64,000 nucleotides of DNA from Glaucostegus cemiculus (Eukaryota): positions 7,192,001-7,256,000 of the forward strand of contig CDPCPM010000063.1 of NCBI GenBank assembly GCA_976551045.1, written 5' to 3'. The position numbers and the translations under genes are program-made. A model generated the notes under the pieces. That model was not told the DNA's origin. It saw only the letters and a list, made by a program, of their open reading frames with translations, and searched no databases. Shown piece by piece: positions 37,416 through 51,495 of this stretch (its first letter is position 1; each line of letters starts with the position of its first letter).

Positions 37416-37999
37416 CAAGCTTCAGCCATTGGGCACATGGTCATAGCTTAGTATCCCAAAACCACTTCCAATTCCAAACATCTCCAATCTCCCTTTAATC
37501 TTCACTGCTCCAATGGGAAACACCCAGCCTATCACCTCCCACCACATAACTTCCACAACCCAGGTCCCTGATCTGGGATCTTTCCCAGTGAACTGTCCCC
37601 AATACCTTTCTGGATCTGGCTCCACACTGCACAGTCAACTCCTTCACTGGGTATGAGGAGGTTAACAGGAGTCAGTGACCTAAGTCATCTGAGCTTGGGT
37701 ATACAGGTATCACCCTTAGGCGGGACTTTGGTCTGGTGACCGAGGGCTCACTCCCAAGTCTCTTGAGTTTCAGGAATCATCCAAGACCCCAGACCAAATC
37801 CGTAGAGGTTCCAAATGTGCCCATCCCATTCTGGTTAATCTGTCCCTCTCTAACACTTTCTTAAAATGCCTGGACCTCATACGTGCATTAATGGAACCGA
37901 AGGGTAGATCCTTAACAAAATGGTGGCAGGATGGTTGGTCACCGACTTCACTTGATTACTCCAACTGCTTTGATCTTTTCTGTGCAAGTCATCGCAAAC

Positions 38000-38210
38000 A
38001 CTGGAGACACAAGAGACTACAGACACTGGAATCTGGAGCAACACATAAGATGCTGGAGGAACTTGGTGGGTCAGGCAGCAACTATGGAGAGAAATGGACA
38101 GCTGACATTTCAGGTGGACACCCTTCATCAATCCAGATATTGACTGTTCATTTCCCTCTATAGATGCTGCCTGACGCACTGCGTTCCTCCAGCATCTTGT
38201 GTGTTGTCCC
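38000..38210. mobile_element. Palindromic Penelope-derived mini-element
   Basis: aagatgctggaggaac / gttcctccagcatctt arms; minus-strand ttgatga-a-gggtg-tc-cacct-gaaatgtc. Confidence 0.7.
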
Positions 38211-39289
38211 AAACATTGTACTCCTCACATCCACATGGATGGTGGGAGCTCACAACTCTGCTGGTTACCTCACTGGGCTCCAGGAGAAACCATGAACAAA
38301 TGCAGACACAGTTGCCTTGCTCTATGAATGAAAAGATCATGGAAAATTCATGAAGGTGAAAATCCACCACAGCCAAGACATTGGGCTTCTGTGATTAGAT
38401 GCAGAGCAGTGTTAGTGGTGCAAGAAAGCAAAGTTTGTATAAAAACCACAATGTACCACTATGGCCCCAAGTAGAAATAGTTACTGCTTCAATTGGAAGG
38501 AGTTGGGTCTGCAGGTTCAAGCACAATTTTGAAAGAACTGCTGCATTATTTCAAAAACTTCTTTGGAAATGATAAGCTGAACATGCCTGTACCTCAGTCA
38601 GGATATTTCTTTACCCCAAAGCATTGTCATGCATTGTTTCTGGAAAAGCCTTACTGCCTTGAATTTTAATTCTGCTGGAGACTTCTTTACTGAGCAGAGT
38701 GGAGTGTGTAATGGTTGAGTGCAGTTCCCCTCAATAATCAACTTGCAACCCCCAGTCCATGCAGAGAAGCTCTCTTGCTCTTACAGAGAAAATGCATTGA
38801 TCATACCTATTGCTCAGGAGAATTGCTTGACATGGCTGGAGCTGCCAAAATATTTAATGCTTTGTTTTAATTTAACTGTTATTGAAGACACTGTTGAAGT
38901 AGCTTAAAGTTCATTGCTTTGTTTTACAAAAAAATCCTTCTGTTCAAGTGACTTTACTAAATAAACAAGTACATAATTTGATGAAATATTTTACAACGCC
39001 AGCAACTTCAAAATGATCTTCAGCACGCATCCTGGGTGGGCAGCGGAAGGCAGCAATTGCTAAGTACACAGTATCTATTGACACAAACCTAAAAGGGAAA
39101 TACAAGGATCTGACTTGGAAGTTTAAGGGCTTTCCTGCCCTTTACACAGCAGCTGCAGTTTCAGATGATCCTTTCACTAAGAAAAAGACCAAAAAATAGT
39201 CCAAATCCACAACAATGTTGGCATAGAACCTCTCTGTTGATAAAGGGGGGAGAGGGGGGGAGACCAGTGTGAGTTTCCAAGTCAAACAC

Positions 39290-39680
39290 ATCAGAATCAG
39301 TTTTTATTGTCACAACCATATACACACATAGTATGCATAGGAGCGAGATACCGTCCTCCTCAGGTGCTCATCCCATAAAATAACATAACCAACAGAGACA
39401 CACATACACACTTGACAGAATAAACATTACAAAACATTAAACATTAAAAGCTACGGAAGTTAAAATTAAATTAGTACGCAGATTAAATTAAAAATGGCCG
39501 GTAAATAAATAAATAGTTATTAAAGTGAACGGGCTGGTGTCGGGCATTTAAAATGCTGGTGCATTTCTGTGCACCTAGCATCTCTTAGTGTTAACAAAGC
39601 AAGATGGAGGGATGAGAGAGTTTGCAGTTCTGATGGCTTGCGGAAAGAAGCTATTCTTCTGTGTTGTCTGGGATAATTAG
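39290..39680 (-). mobile_element. Rex1/Babar-type LINE 3' end of a different subfamily
   Basis: Minus-strand NSFFPQAIRTAN, aataaaaa and (ctgatt)n tail; the same tail is seen at 18960-19030 and 37095. Confidence 0.55.
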
Positions 39681-40644
39681 GAAAAGGCGTAAAAGTCCAC
39701 CAGGCTCCTGTTTACATTGCTAGACAGCAGTACTGTATCAGTATGAGAAAGACAGAGGACAGGGCAGCATCACATTAGGTCCAGAATCAAGTGCAACTGC
39801 CTGGACTGACTCCAGAAAACCTCAGCCACTGCAAGCACTGGGTATGGTGCTTCATGCTGGAAACACATCCCCAACACCAGGCACTGGAGCTGAGGTTTCT
39901 GCGATAAAGCAGCACAATATGTTACCTTAAAACAAGGCAATGGGGGCAGTCATCAGAATCATACTTGGGGCTTCTTCCTTGCTATTCGCAAGTCACCAGA
40001 ATAAACTGGTATTTGGTAGAAACTCACCCCCAGCTGGTAAAGGTAAGTGTGCTGTAGAGTGACGCATTCTGCCTCAGAAATCTCCCCCTACCTTCTCTGC
40101 TAACTTGTTTTCACTTTCTCAGTTCTGACAAAGGGTCTTTGACTTGAAACTCTGTTTCTCTCTCCACAGATGCTGCCTGACCTGAGTTTTTCCAAATTTT
40201 TCTGTTTTTGTCTTGTTTCACTGGCGTCTAGCTAATGCTTTATGAAGGTTTAATGCTACTCCTTACAATTGCAATCAATGCCTCTAATTATAAAACCAGC
40301 TCATCAACTTAACCTGCAATTTTCAAAGACGTGTTTGCGCCGATCTGGGGGAGAATTCATCTCTGATAGCACACATTAAACATACCCCGTTGTAGTTTTG
40401 TTCGTTGGACTCAGCTGGAGTCAATGGAAGCACATTTCAGAAGCAGAACTCACTTCTACAGCACGGAAACAGGCCCCTCGGCCCAACTTTTGCTGATAAT
40501 TGTCACAGTCAACACTCCCAAGGATGAATTTCTCTGCCCAAACCTGCCTCTTACTTAGTCCAGTTAAAGTACAAAGTGATGTGTTATGGGAGGACAGTGT
40601 CTGGCCACTTGACTTTGAATCCTTTTCATGCCTGGCTGCAGCAT

Positions 40645-41110
40645 GAACATCATGGGCACGTCCTTCCCACTACTGGTAATATCTTCACGAGGTACTGCCT
40701 CAAGAAGGTAACATCCATCATCAAAGATCCCCACCATCCAGGCCAGGCCATCTTCTCGCAGCTATCATTGGGCAGGAGGTACAGAAGCCTGAAGTCCCAC
40801 ACCACCAGGTTCAGGAACAGCTGCTTCCCTTCAACCACTCTGCTCTTGAACCAACCAGCACAACCCTAATCACTACCTCACTATAGTTATCTCACCACTT
40901 TGATCACTGCACTAAGACAGACTTATTTTTGTTCTAATTGTGTTCTCTCTTAAATTAAACATAAGTTATGCACAGTTTATACAAGTTTTTTTTGTGAATG
41001 CTGCTCATCTAATGCTGTGTGCCTGTGATGCTGCTGCAAGTTAAGTTTTTCATTGCACGTGTGCATACATATACTTGTGCGTATGACAATAAACTCAACT
41101 TTGACTTTGG
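40645..41110 (+). mobile_element. Rex1/Babar LINE 3' end
   Basis: CLKKVTSIIKDPHHPGQ..GRRYRSLKSHTTRFRNSCFP; (actttg)n tail. Confidence 0.8.
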
Positions 41111-41794
41111 TCATGGCTAGAGGATCATCATCAGCAAAAATTACGTCTGGGGTGCAGCAGCTGTCGGAGCCCGAGTCCCCCAGTGTGAAGACCAACCGGC
41201 CACCATCATTCTCTGCCCCCACCACCACCCCATGGACAGGCTACAGCCTCTTCCTTCACCACACCTCGTCCTGGAGTATCCAAGCTTCAGTCTTAGAACT
41301 TAGAAGTCACACAGCACAGAAACAGGCCCTTCAGCCCACCAAGTCTGTGGCGATCATCAAGCACCCATTTACACCAATCCTAATCCCATTTTATTCTCCC
41401 CAAATTCCCTTCAGCTCTCCCCAGATTCTACCTCTGATCAATATTTTGTTGCTCTTCTTCTCTACCTTCTCAAAATGTCCAGCATGGCATGAAATCAAGC
41501 AAGGCCCCCCTCATTCCTCCCTCCCCACACACCGCCTCCTGTGCAGCCACTCCTGACAAAGCTGGATATTCCCAGTGACGTCAGAATCAGGCTGAGCTCC
41601 CAAAACAATACTACCCCAGGCAGTTTACAGCATAACTGGTCCAAAACAATTTTTGGACTTGAGCCTTCTTTGCTCAAGTGAAGGTATACCAAAATAGATG
41701 CAGATTATAACCATTCATGGAAGCACAGCACCTGGAGTGGGTGAGAGGATGCTTTAGTCTCTGCACAACAACAAAGGACAGACTTCTAGCTTAG

Positions 41795-42260
41795 AGCCAT
41801 AGAGTAAAACAGTACGGAAACCAGTCCTTCAGCCCAGCTCATCCATGCTGACCAAGATGCCCATCTAAGCTAGTCCCATTTGCCCAGATTTGCTCCTCCT
41901 CAACCTTTCCTCTCCATGTACCTGTCCAAGTGTCGTTTAAATGTTGTTGCTATACCTGCCTCAACCACTTCTTCTGGCAGCTCGTTCCATACATTCGCCA
42001 CCATCTGCGCAAAGAAGTTGCCCCTCAGGTCCCTTTTAGATTCTCCCTTCTCACCTTAAACCTATGCCCTCCAGTTCTCGATTTCCCCAACCCTGGGAAA
42101 AATTGCATTCACTCTATCTATGCTCCTCATAGTGCTATACACCGCAGTCACCTACGCTCCAAGTCTCAGTCTCCTTCACTCCAAGTAATAAAGTCCTAGC
42201 CCGTGCTATCTCTCCCTATAACTCAGGCCCTTGAGTCCTGGCAACATCTTTGTGAACTAC
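41795..42260 (-). mobile_element. CR1 LINE 3' fragment
   Basis: Reverse CR1 tail acggaaaccagtccttcagccc; ctcaccttaaacctatgccctc. Confidence 0.75.
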
Positions 42261-42979
42261 TTTTATTAAATTCAGGCACAGGTTGCAGAGCTTGGAGTAT
42301 GGCTCACTGTCTGCACCCAGTCACTGCTCAGTGGCTCTGTCACAGCTCATAGTAACAAGCACAGCCCCCAATTTAGGCCCGTCTGTTGGTCCTGCTACAG
42401 GCAAAAACCCAGAGACGAGCTGATCAGATCACCTGCCAAATGGTTGCTGGGCAGAGATCCAATGGAACAGATTGTGGCTTTTAACACCCGGGTTCTTTGA
42501 TGAAACCCAGAGTGCGTGTGAGTGGGAAAATATCCTACTTTTGGACTCATCTGGATTGGGCACAAGATTGTAAAGAGAAGACTGGAACACTGCAATGGCT
42601 CCTCCTGCAATGCAGCCCATGTTATAGGCACTGCTATCCACACCCCTGATCGTTTGTTTCCTCCACAGCCAGCACACCACATCTGGAGTGTGTACTGTGT
42701 GTAGAGGTGCACTGCACCAACTCATCAAGGGTTTGTTGACAGCACCTCCCAAACCCGCGACCTCTACAAGGGACAGGGTGGCACGTGCATGGAAACGCTC
42801 CCACTTCCAAGTCCAACACCACCCCATCTCTTCTCAATTCCTCCACTGGCACCAAATCAAACAGGTGGACCCCCCACCCGTTGGCACCAATAGCACCTTC
42901 ACCACATAGATTGCAAGGGTTCAAGGTGGCATCCACCACCACCTTTGAGGGCAATTCAAATGGGCAATAGTAGTGAAAA

Positions 42980-43560
42980 AAAGCATTCATCAGGGCATTG
43001 AGTATAGGAGTTGGGACATTATGTTGCAGTTGTACAAGTCATTGGTGAGGCCGCACTTGGAGCACTGTGTACAGTTTTGGTTGCCCTGTTATAGCAAGGA
43101 TGTGGTTAAACTAGAAAGAGTGCAGAGAAGATTTATGAGGATGTTGCCAGGACTAGAGGGCCTGAGTTATAGGGAGAGGTTGGCCAGGCTAGGTCTTTAT
43201 TCCTTGGAATGTAGAAGAATGAGGGGCAACCTTATAGAAGTGTTTAAAATTATGAGAGGCATAGATAAGGTGAACAGTAACAGTCTTTTCCCCAGGGTAG
43301 AGAAATGCAAAACTAGGAGGCATACATCAAGGTTGAGAGGGACCCGAGGGTGGTGAGTATATGGAATGAGTTGCCAGAGGAAGTGGTCGAGGCAGGTACA
43401 ATAGTATCAGTTAAAAAGTACTTGGATAGGTACATGGAGGGGTGGGGCTTGGAGGGATATGGACCGAGAGGAAATTGGGACCAGCTGGGTGGGAATCATG
43501 GTCAGCATAGACTGGTTGGGCTGAAGGGCCTGTATTCGTGCTGAATAGCTCTGTGACTCT
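42980..43560 (+). mobile_element. CR1 LINE 3' fragment
   Basis: ORF 42973-43356 GIEYRSWDIMLQLYKSLVRPHLEHCVQFW..RGNLIEVFKIMRGIDKV. Confidence 0.88.
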
Positions 43561-44499
43561 AATAAACACTTGGGTTATCACATTCCAGGAATAAAAATAT
43601 CCATAAGACCACATGACATTAGACCATTCGGCCCATCAAGTCTACTCCACCATTGAATCATGGCTAATCATTTTTTAACCCCATTCTCCCCATAACCCTT
43701 AACCTCCTTACTAATCAAGAACCTATCAAGCTCTGCCTTAAATACACCCAATGACTTGGCCTCCGTGGCAATGAATTCCACAGACTCACCAGCCTCTGGC
43801 TGAAGGAATTCCTCCTCACCTCAGTTTTAAAGGGACTTCTCTTTATTCTGAGGCTGTGCCCTCAGATCCAAGACTCTCCTACTCATGGAAACATCCTCTC
43901 CACGTCTACTCTACCCAGGCCCTTCATCCACAGGTTTTCGAGAGCCAAAGCCAGAAGTCGCCACATTTTGATTTCGCTAGCCTTCTCTGCCCAGCCTTCA
44001 GAGCACTTCCGCATTTAATGAAGATTCTTTTGCCAAAATATGCACTTAAGAGGGGGTAAGTTTATGTGCAGGGTAAGTTCCTTCCGCCCCCGTCCCCCCA
44101 CACACACAGGCTACCAAGAGTAGCAATGGAAGCAGAAACGATAGTGATATTTAAGAGGCTGTTAGACAGACACATGAATATGCAGGCAGTGGAGGGATGT
44201 GGATCATGCGCAGGCAGAGGAGATTTAGTTTAATTTGGCACTGCGTTCGGCACAGATATTGTGGGCTGAAGGGCTTGTTCCTGTGCTGTACAGTGTTCCA
44301 AAGCTTTCAAATGTCTGTTGGCCGAGTGAACTACCTACTGAGCTAGCACACAGTATCAACATGTGTTTGTGTAGTGTTTATTACACAGTAAACATCTCCC
44401 AAGCACTTTACTGGTGAGCAATATCTTCAGCAACAGATAGCTGAAGACCCAGCCACCCACAGTGGTGAGAAGGACAGCAAGGTTACATGGGGCTGATTG

Positions 44500-45770
44500 C
44501 ACTGGACAGGGTACAGAGGAGATTCACCAGGATGACATAGAGCTTGGACACAGGCTGGTCCATGCCGACCAAGATTCCCATCTAAGCTAGTCCCATTTGC
44601 GATTGTTTGGCCTATATCCCTCTAAACCTTTCCTATCCATGTACCTGTTCAAGTGTCTTGTAAAAAGGGTGAAAAACTTGCCCCTCGGGTTCCCATTAAA
44701 TCTCTTCCTTCTCACCTTAAACCTATGCCCTCTAGTTCTTGATTGCCCAAAGCTGGGAATAAAACTGTGCACATTCACCTCATCTATGCCTCTCAATTTT
44801 ATACACCTCTATAAGATCACCCTTCATTCTCTTACACTCCAATGAAAAAAATCCCACAACCTGCTCAACCTCTCTCCATTATCTCAGTCCCTCAAGTTCT
44901 GACAACATCCTCGTAAATCTCTTCTGCACTCTTTCCAGCTTAATGGCATTTTTCCTAAAGCAGGGTGACCAAAACTGAACATGATGTTCCAAATGCAGCC
45001 TCACCAGTGCCCAAGATTCCCTGATGTTGCCTGGAATGCCTCATTTCAGTTACAAGGAGACACTTGACAACAACTTCTTCCTCACTGCTATCAGACTCCT
45101 GAACCAATCGCTTCTTTCACATCCCCTTCCTTGTGGCACTGTCACATTTTCTCATACTCTTAACTCCACCTCTCTGTCAGTCCACTATTCTCACTTTAGT
45201 ATTGGTTTTGCATTACTTCAGATTGCACTGCAATCTTTGCACCATTCTGCTGTTTTGCACTTGATGTATTTATTACTGTATTTATTATTACTACATATAC
45301 TGTTTACTCTGTGAGCTTCATGCAAACAAGGAATTTCATTGCATCCTGGTGTAAATGATAATAAACTAATTTAATCTAGACTGGATAGGCTAGGTTTGTT
45401 TTCCTTAGAGTGAGGGAGGCTGAGGGGGACCTGATAAAGGTATACAAAGGTATGAGGGGCATAGGTAGGAGAGACAGTAGGAAACTTTTCCCTAAAGCAG
45501 GTGTGTGCAGATCTAGAGGTTTAGGGTAAATGGAAGGAGATCTAGAGGGGGAGCCAAGGAAGAACTTGCCCACCCAGAGTGTGGCTGGAATCTGAAATAC
45601 ATTGATTGAGGGGATGGTCGATACAGAGACTCTCACAATACTTAATGTACTGAGACAAGCATTTGAACAGTCTAAGCGCTGGTTAACAGGATGAGCAATA
45701 CAGATAGGTAGTTGATGATAATCATGGACAAGGTGGGCTGAAGGGCCTGTTTGAGTGCTGGATCACTCTA
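44500..45770. mobile_element. Nested cluster: CR1 (+) interrupted by CR1 (-, about 44535-45010) and a Rex-type tail (about 45065-45375)
   Basis: Host reads RFTRM at about 44520, MLPGMPHFSYKETL at 45024 and resumes at 45375 (ctagactggataggctagg). Confidence 0.7.
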
Positions 45771-46214
45771 TGATAGTCACAGCTGGTCAGATGTGTGGCT
45801 ATGTTGGGTAACAGTTCTCATAAGACAGCTCCTGGCACGAGGTGATAAGGGAACATTCTCAAATAGCAGGGATCTGATCCTTGTAAAACAAACACAACAA
45901 CACTTGCAACATCACCTGGCAAAATGAGCAACTTCCAAGGAATGCCTGTAGCCAGAACCAGAATTGGCACTGCAGTACAAAATGTAACATCTGGTATTGT
46001 AACATGTGAACAATCAGTATTTCCTCTTATGTTCAGTAGTTCTAACTAAATGAAGATATTCCTCCAAGAGTTATCATCTATACTAGGAAGTCAAACCAAA
46101 AACAGACACTGCCTCTTACTCACTCGCACACTGCCCCAAAAGAATAGAATTTTCTTCAAATATTCAATTGCACACATCTCAGTTAGATCAAATTAAGGAA
46201 TCAGAATAGTGCAA

Positions 46215-46410
46215 ATCAAAAAGCCTAAATATGTTGGAAATCTAAAATAAAAATGCTGGCAATATCTGTGGGAATATCAGGCTGCATCTGTGGGAAGAGA
46301 AATAAGGTTAATGGTTCAGGTCAAAGACTTTTCTGATGAAGGGTTTTCAACATGAAAACATTAACTCTGTTTTTCTTCCCACAGTTGTGGCCTCACCTGA
46401 GTATTTTCAT
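46215..46410. mobile_element. Palindromic Penelope-derived mini-element
   Basis: ctgtgggaaga / tcttcccacag arms; ctgatgaagggttttcaacatgaaaacatta at 46333. Confidence 0.6.
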
Positions 46411-48009
46411 TAAGGAATCAGATTAAACTAGATTATTTAAATTAGTGTCAGCAATAATACAGCAAATGGTAAGGTGCATTGCCTGTGACCCGATCAACCC
46501 CACTTTTGATTCCTTTTGGCAGAGGCGATCTAAATGGCCTCTTGTGCCACAAGTGCTCTATACTTCAGTTGCATTAAACTGTGTCCAAGCTCATTTACAA
46601 CCTGCCTTGCTAGTAAAGAGAACACTCTTAACGGAGAGACCTTTTTCAGCAGTGCCATGATTTTAAACCTTCTCAAACCCTCCTTCAGTCTTGATTATTG
46701 CCATTTCTCTGACCCTCCCCAATACAGTCTTCCAAGATCTTAGTGCTCCTCTCATTTTTGCACATTTCCCATTTTAAAATCACTTCACTATTGACCACTG
46801 TACCTTCAGCTGTAGGCGCGCTGTGCTATGGAATTCCCTCCTTCAACCTCTCTGCCCTCCCGTCTCTCATTTAAGCAGCTCCCAAGACGTTGGCCAACTG
46901 CCTTGGTATCTCCAGATGTGGCTCAGTGTCAACTTTGCCACATTATAACTGTCACCATAAAGGCAGCTTGGGATGTCCTGAAAGGGCACTCAATATAACA
47001 CAACTCTTTTGTTAAATGACTCAAGACACTTTTCTACCTGAAAGCTGTCACATAAGTGGAAGCCTCCGTCATCTATACAAACTTCCACATCATTTCAAAT
47101 GTTAACCCACTGTTGCTTAACAGGGACAATTGGATAAAAGGATTTTGGTGCCCACAGGGATATTCCCATGAAGGGTTTTATTTGTGTTAACTCCGCCTGT
47201 TACCCTTCAAACAGATTGTTTTGTCTTCTTCACTTACTAATGAAACTTTAACTAGGATCACTACAAATGTATTCACCATCAATGTCAGTAATCGATAATC
47301 CATTACCTTGCGTGGCATTTCCACACACACCACTGGATGCCTCATTAAGCTAAACAAGAAGCTGTTGGCTTTGAGATTCCACTGATAGTAAATGCTACGA
47401 AAGTGGCAGCAATAAAAGTGTTTCTGGTTTGCTTCCTGCTCATAAAATTTTATGCTAGACATTAAATGGCCGGATCTGCTTCTAACAAGCTGCATGCTGC
47501 TCAACCCAAGCTCCTCAAACAGCTACAGTCATGTTCAAGGTATTTAAAAAATGTTAAGTGACAGCTCATCAACCCATAAAGGCGTTAACCCTTTCACCAA
47601 ACCATTTGTTTAGTACTGGCATCCTTGTTAAAACAGCAAAAAGTTGGCTATCCCACAAGTAGGTAACAATGGAGAGGATTGCATTGCGCTGGGGTTTAAC
47701 TCGAGAAATATTTTGAGCATGAGGTTCAGTTTTGGGCTGCAATTTTTTTTCTCTTTCAGAAAAAAAAGGTGACTTCCTTTTGCTCAGTGTCAGAGGGCCG
47801 GCATACAGCCAGTCAGATGTACAATTATGTCCATGTTTTTCTGCTTTACAAGTTGAGAAAAAGCAGGGCCCATGACAACTGGGTGGAAACCTGGGCTCAG
47901 CCACATGATTAATCACTTGCCGTTGCCTGCATCTTTTCTTTATATAACGGAGATATTTTGTTCCATATGGGGTTGACCAAGTCCTCCACACTGGGAGTGG
48001 TTATTGATC

Positions 48010-48905
48010 ATAGCGATATGCAGCACGGAAACAGGCCTTTCAGCCCACTGAGTCTGCGCCTAGCATTAACCATTCACTTACAATAAATTGGTCAATTGTT
48101 TGTTACAGCCACATGCACCGAGGTACAGTAAAACTTTTGTTTCTCATGCCATCCATACAGATCATTTCTTCACATCAGTACACTGAGGTAGTACAAGGGG
48201 AAAGCAGTAACGGAATGCAAAATAAAGTGTTACAGTTACAGAGAAAGTGCAGTGCAGGTAGGCAATAAGGTGCAAGGGTCATGGCGAGGTACATTGAGAG
48301 GTCAAGAGTCCATTTTATCATACTAGGGGACCGTTCAATGGACACAACTAATCCTCTATTAATCCCATTTTTTAAGTTCTCTTTACAACCTTATTAACTT
48401 TCCCCAGTTTCTACCACTCACCTGCAAACTAAGGGCAATTTACAGAGGTTAATTAACCTACCAATCCACAGGTGTCTGGGATTTGCAAGGAAACCTCGGG
48501 TGCTGTCTGTGTGGAGTTTGCATGTTCTCCCTGCAACCACATGTTTCTCCCAGGTGCTCCAGTTTCTTCCTAACATCCTAAAGACACGGGGGTTGGTACG
48601 TTAATTGGCCACTGTAAATAGCCTCTAGTGTGTAGGGGAGTGGTAGAATCAGGGGAGAGTTGATGGGAATGTGCAGACAATGGGATTAATGTACGATTTG
48701 TGTAAATGGGTGGTTGATCAGTGGACTCCTGGTGAGCAGGAGGGCCTGTTTCCGTGCTGTATCTCTCTATGAATCTATGACTCAGAGAGCTACGTGGTCA
48801 CAGGGAGAACTTGCAAACTACACACAGACAGCACCCAAGGTCAGGACTGAACCCAGGTTTCTGGTACTATGAGGCAGCGGTTCTACCAGCTCTGCAACTG
48901 GGCCA
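48010..48905. mobile_element. Nested SINE cluster: V-SINE (-) interrupted by a Rex tail (about 48085-48340) and a V-SINE (+, about 48495-48783)
   Basis: Host tail at 48020, middle at 48345-48495, head at 48790-48905. Confidence 0.7.
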
Positions 48906-51029
48906 CCCTTGTCAGCTACACATGGGATCCCTACCTTCAACCAGCAAAAGAGCAAGGCTTTGGCTTCTCACAGCAGTCACTTCATGGCTCAGGCCGTTTT
49001 CTGTGCAGTCCTGCTGGCTTAACTCATTTTAAGAAAAAGATCCAGAATTTCCAAGCTGATAATGCCCCTGGCTCTCAAATATAAGATTCTGCAGCAAGAC
49101 CTGATGTACATGATTTACAAGAGCGGCCAAAAAACTCTGGTTAAAGGACACTTCTACTTTGAGGCAGGCATAAACAACAAGATTTACTCAACACACAAAC
49201 ATTTCACAAGGGCACACAGAGAGCATTGCATGCCGAGCACATTTGGGGAATCAAAGCAGCTCAGCCTAATCACCAGCTCTTAAGTTTATCTCCCTCATAG
49301 AGTTACATGAAGGGTTCCTCTTGTTTATAGGGAATGGCGTTGGGATAAACGGTTCCTAGGATTGTTTACATTGCTTAAATGCTAAATAGCCTTAATTTAA
49401 ATTAAGACTATAGAGTTTCCCTTGGGATTACTGAAGAAAATATTTTCTCACATCTTACTCAAGAGCAGGGGCACAATTTCAGAAAGAGGTTAAAAGCAGT
49501 AAATATTTGTGTCATTTTTGAACATATTAACAAAAGACATAATTTTTAACAGCTTTCAAATGTCCTCTTGCAGTACGTGTCTGATTTAACTGCAATAATC
49601 CTTTTCTGCAGACATCTCACCATTTTCTCCAGTTTAATTTCATTTTTAAATGTGCAAATTACACTAAAATTAGATTTTAATGCACACTGCCCATATCTGA
49701 AGGATTATGCCTCATGGTTATCAAAAATAGGAAATTATGTTTCACAAACTAAAGGGCCAAAAGTCTTTGCTCAAGCAAAAAGTAATGGGAAATATGAGAA
49801 TTCTCCCATGCTACTGCTTTGAAAATACATCAGGGGTCTAGATAAAGTGCACACAGAGACATTGGGGGAAGGGTAGGGAACGAACAGACAGACTCAGAGA
49901 CTGAAAAAAGCCAGGTGTGACACGAGGTAAAACTTAGTCAAGCAGCAAGTTGCTGTGATCTGGAATTCACTGTCTGAAAGGCTGGTGGAGGCCAATTCAA
50001 ACAAGGGAATAGCTGAGGGAGGAAAATACTGCAGAGATACAAGAGGAGCAGATGGGAAATGAGATAGACTGGATTGCTGTATTTAGATGCAGAGATGGGC
50101 TAAATGGACTGAAAGCTCTCCTGTACTTTAATGATTCTATGATAGTAACTGAAAACAGGTTGGCAAAATCTGAAAGTGAGTGTAAACAGGGTGAATGGGA
50201 TTAGCCTAGATGGGCATCTAGGTCGGCATGGACCAGTTGGACTGAAAAGCCTGTTTCCGTGTTGCATGACTCTATGAATGGTTACACGGAGTATGAAACA
50301 TAGATCCTTTAGCTGCAGTGTTCTGCAAATGAAGTTTGATTTACAGAAAGCTTCAGTCCTACTAATGCAACTTAATAAAACTTCAAAGACATATACAAAA
50401 TTAGATGTTAGTCAAATACACAGATAGTGGCATTAAAGAGGCTTATAGATGGACACATGACTATGCAAGGAATGGAGGGATATGGATCATGTGCAGAAGG
50501 GATTAGTTTAACTTGCTCGGCACAGACATTGTGGGCCAAAGGGCCTGTTCCTGTGCTGTACTGTTCCATGTTAAATATGACAGCAGAAATAACATTAGCA
50601 CCAAAAGAAATATATTTTGGATGAAGGCTAGCCCAAAGCAACTGTCCTAATTAATTTCTGCAACGTGTTGGCAAAAGTTATCAAACTTCAGGTAATTTAA
50701 GATCTCAGTGGATCTTGGGTTCCACATGAGCACGTAAAGACAAACAATGAAGCTTGATCTCTTGGTAAACTCAATGCCACAGGCCTAGCTCTGTAGGCTT
50801 CCTATGTACTGGAACTGGCAGCCAAAAGCATAGAATAAAACACTACAGGAGGTCACCATTTGGCCCACCATGCCAGAGTCAAATGCCCAATTTCCATTTG
50901 GGTCTGTATGTTTTCATTTACATATTGATCCTGGACTCCTTTGAATGTTATCGCCAAATGTGTTTCCAAGTCTTATCAGGTGGCGCAGTCTTGGTTACAG
51001 GACTTGGACATAAACCCAAGTGCTTCCTG

Positions 51030-51495
51030 TTAGAACACAGAACAATACAGCACAGGAACAGGCCTTTTGGCCCAGTGTCCATGCCAACCATAATGCCAAA
51101 TTAAACTAATCCTGTCTACCTGCACATATACCCCTCAATACCCTGCCTCTTCAGGTGCCTGAATAAATGCCACTTAAATATTGCCATTGTATTCACTTCC
51201 ACAACCTTCCATGGCCCTCTTTCCAGGCACCTACCACTCTCTTGCCCCACACGTTTAAACTTTACCCCTCTCACCTTAAACTTATGCCCTCTAGTATTTG
51301 ACATTTCTGCCCTGGGAAAAAAGACTCCGACTATCTACTCTGTCTATGCCTCTCATAATTTTATACACTTCTATCAGGTCACCCCACGGCCTCTGATGCT
51401 CCAGAGAAAACAACTCAAGTTTGCCTAACCTTTCCTTATAGCTAATGCTCTCTAATCCAGGCAACATCCTGGTGAACCTCTTCTGCACCCCCTCA
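51030..51495 (-). mobile_element. CR1 LINE 3' fragment
   Basis: QKRFTRMLPGLESISYKERL..GDLIEVYKIMRGIDRVD. Confidence 0.85.
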
